A stretch of 64,000 nt of DNA from Malacoraja senta (taxonomy: Eukaryota). Positions 62,456-64,000 of the stretch are shown one piece after another. The translations under genes were made by a program, and so were the position numbers. Under the pieces are notes generated by a model. It did not search any database. It had not been told where the DNA came from and saw only the letters and a list, made by a program, of their open reading frames with translations. Each line of letters opens with the position of its first letter. Position 1 is the first letter of the stretch. The stretch lies in assembly GCA_038087875.1 (NCBI GenBank), contig CM075989.1, positions 992,001-1,056,000 of the forward strand, given 5' to 3'.

Positions 62456-64000
62456 TTACGCACGCTTTGATGTGCCTTCCCGAGCCCCCATTCGCTGTGA
62501 TGGTATTTCAGTCTCAGTCACAGAGGCCGACGTCAGGAAATCCTTCAGAGGGGTGAACCCTCGAAAAGCGCCTGGACCTGACGGTATTCCTGGTCGTGTT
62601 CTAAAAACCTGTGCGGACCAACAGGCTGGAGTTTTTACGGACATTTTCAACCTCTCACTTCTGAAGTCTGAGGTTCCCACCTGCTTCAAAAGGGCATCAA
62701 TTATATAATTTATGAACCTATATCCAATGATGTATTATTAGTAAATTATTCCATTCCTCTTTATCATGCCTTTTTTTTCTCTTTCTTTCCTACTTTCTAT
62801 CTATAAAAAAAAACTAGAAGCAGAATCAATACACAACTGATAATATTATTAATGTACGATTGATATACATGAAATGTTTTATTATGATATGTGCTTGCTT
62901 CTAATAAAAATATATATCTTTTTAAAAAGGGCATCAATTATACCAGTGCCAAGAAGAGTAAGGTAACATGCCTCAATGACTATCGACCTGTGGCACTAAC
63001 GCCTGTGGTGATGAAGTGGAGAGGTTGATCATGGCGCAACTCAACTCCTACCTCGACAAAAACATGGACCCACTGTCATTCGCTTACCGCCACAACAGAT
63101 CAACGGTGGATGCGATCTCGCTGGCCCTCCACTCCGCTCTGGACCACTTGGACAACAAAAACTCATATGTCAGGCTGTTATTCATTGATTACAGCTCGGC
63201 ATTTAATACTATCATCCCCTCCAAGCTGGTTACCAAACTCGCAGAACTGGGTCTCTGCGCATCCCTCAGCAATTGGATCCTCGACTTCCTCATTCACAGA
63301 CCACAGTCTGTTCGTATTGGTGGAAATGTGTCAGACTCAATAACAATCAGCACGGGAGCACCTCAAGGCTGCTTGCTCAGCCCCCTGCTGTACTCACTCT
63401 ATACTCATGACTGCGTAGCCGGACATAGTGCGAACTCCATCATCAAGTTCGCTGACGACACCACTGTTGTGGGACGTATCACTGATAGGGATGAGTCAGA
63501 GTATAGAAGAGAGTTCGAGCAACTGTCCAAATGGTGCCAGCACAATAACCTGGCCCTCAACACCAGCAAAACCAAGGAACTGATTGTGGACTTTGGAAGG
63601 AGTAGGATGGGGACCCACAGTCCCGTTTATATCAACGGGCCGATGGTTGAAAGGGTCAAGAGCTTCAAATTCCTGGGCGTGCACATCTCTGATGATCTTT
63701 CCAGGTCCGAGAACACTGATGCAATTATCAAGAAAGCACATCAGCGCCTCTACTTCCTGAGATGATTACGGAGAGTCGGTTTGTCAAGGAGGACTCTCTC
63801 TAACTTCTACAGGTGCACAGTAGGGAGCATGCTGACCGGTTGCATCATGGCTTGGTTCGGCAACTTGAGCACGCTGGAGTGGAAAAGACGACAAAAATTA
63901 GTAAACACTGCCCAGTCCATCATCGGCTCTGACCTCCCTTCCATCGAAGGGATCTATCGCAGTCGCTGCCTCAAAAAGGCTGGCAGTATCATCAAAGACC
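62455..64000 (+). mobile_element. Second Rex1/Babar copy, 5'-truncated, running off the window
   Basis: Highly similar to about 1474-2780. ORF 63016-63765 has KFADD and a premature TGA at 63763-63765. Confidence 0.93.
62706..62924 (+). mobile_element. Short AT-rich retroposed insertion (L1-type 3' end) with an 18-bp TSD
   Basis: AAAAGGGCATCAATTATA at 62688-62705 and 62925-62942. AATAAA at 62903-62908. Confidence 0.8.

Overview
Repeat-dense vertebrate genomic DNA whose repeat families and GPCR type suggest a cartilaginous fish (skate/ray/shark; an inference). One host gene is supported: a two-exon class A GPCR of the GPR139/GPR142-like type. Its 67-nt first exon (3511-3577) is missed by the ORF track; exon 2 is 8633-9540, giving 324 aa spliced, with a TATA box at 3423. 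The rest is a nest of mobile elements. These include two Rex1/Babar LINE copies, many CR1 LINEs (one near full-length with an esterase ORF1), and Penelope-like elements plus small palindromic derivatives carrying hammerhead-ribozyme-like motifs. There is also a 7.1-kb LTR retrovirus-like provirus (tRNA-Pro PBS, PPT, 4-bp TSD) with degenerate gag and protease but no recognisable RT, integrase or env, and a DIRS1-type tyrosine-recombinase retrotransposon with both termini and its ICR. Smaller elements are TTAA-flanked (Kolobok-like) non-autonomous elements, a foldback-like element carrying a 31-bp minisatellite, and SINEs.
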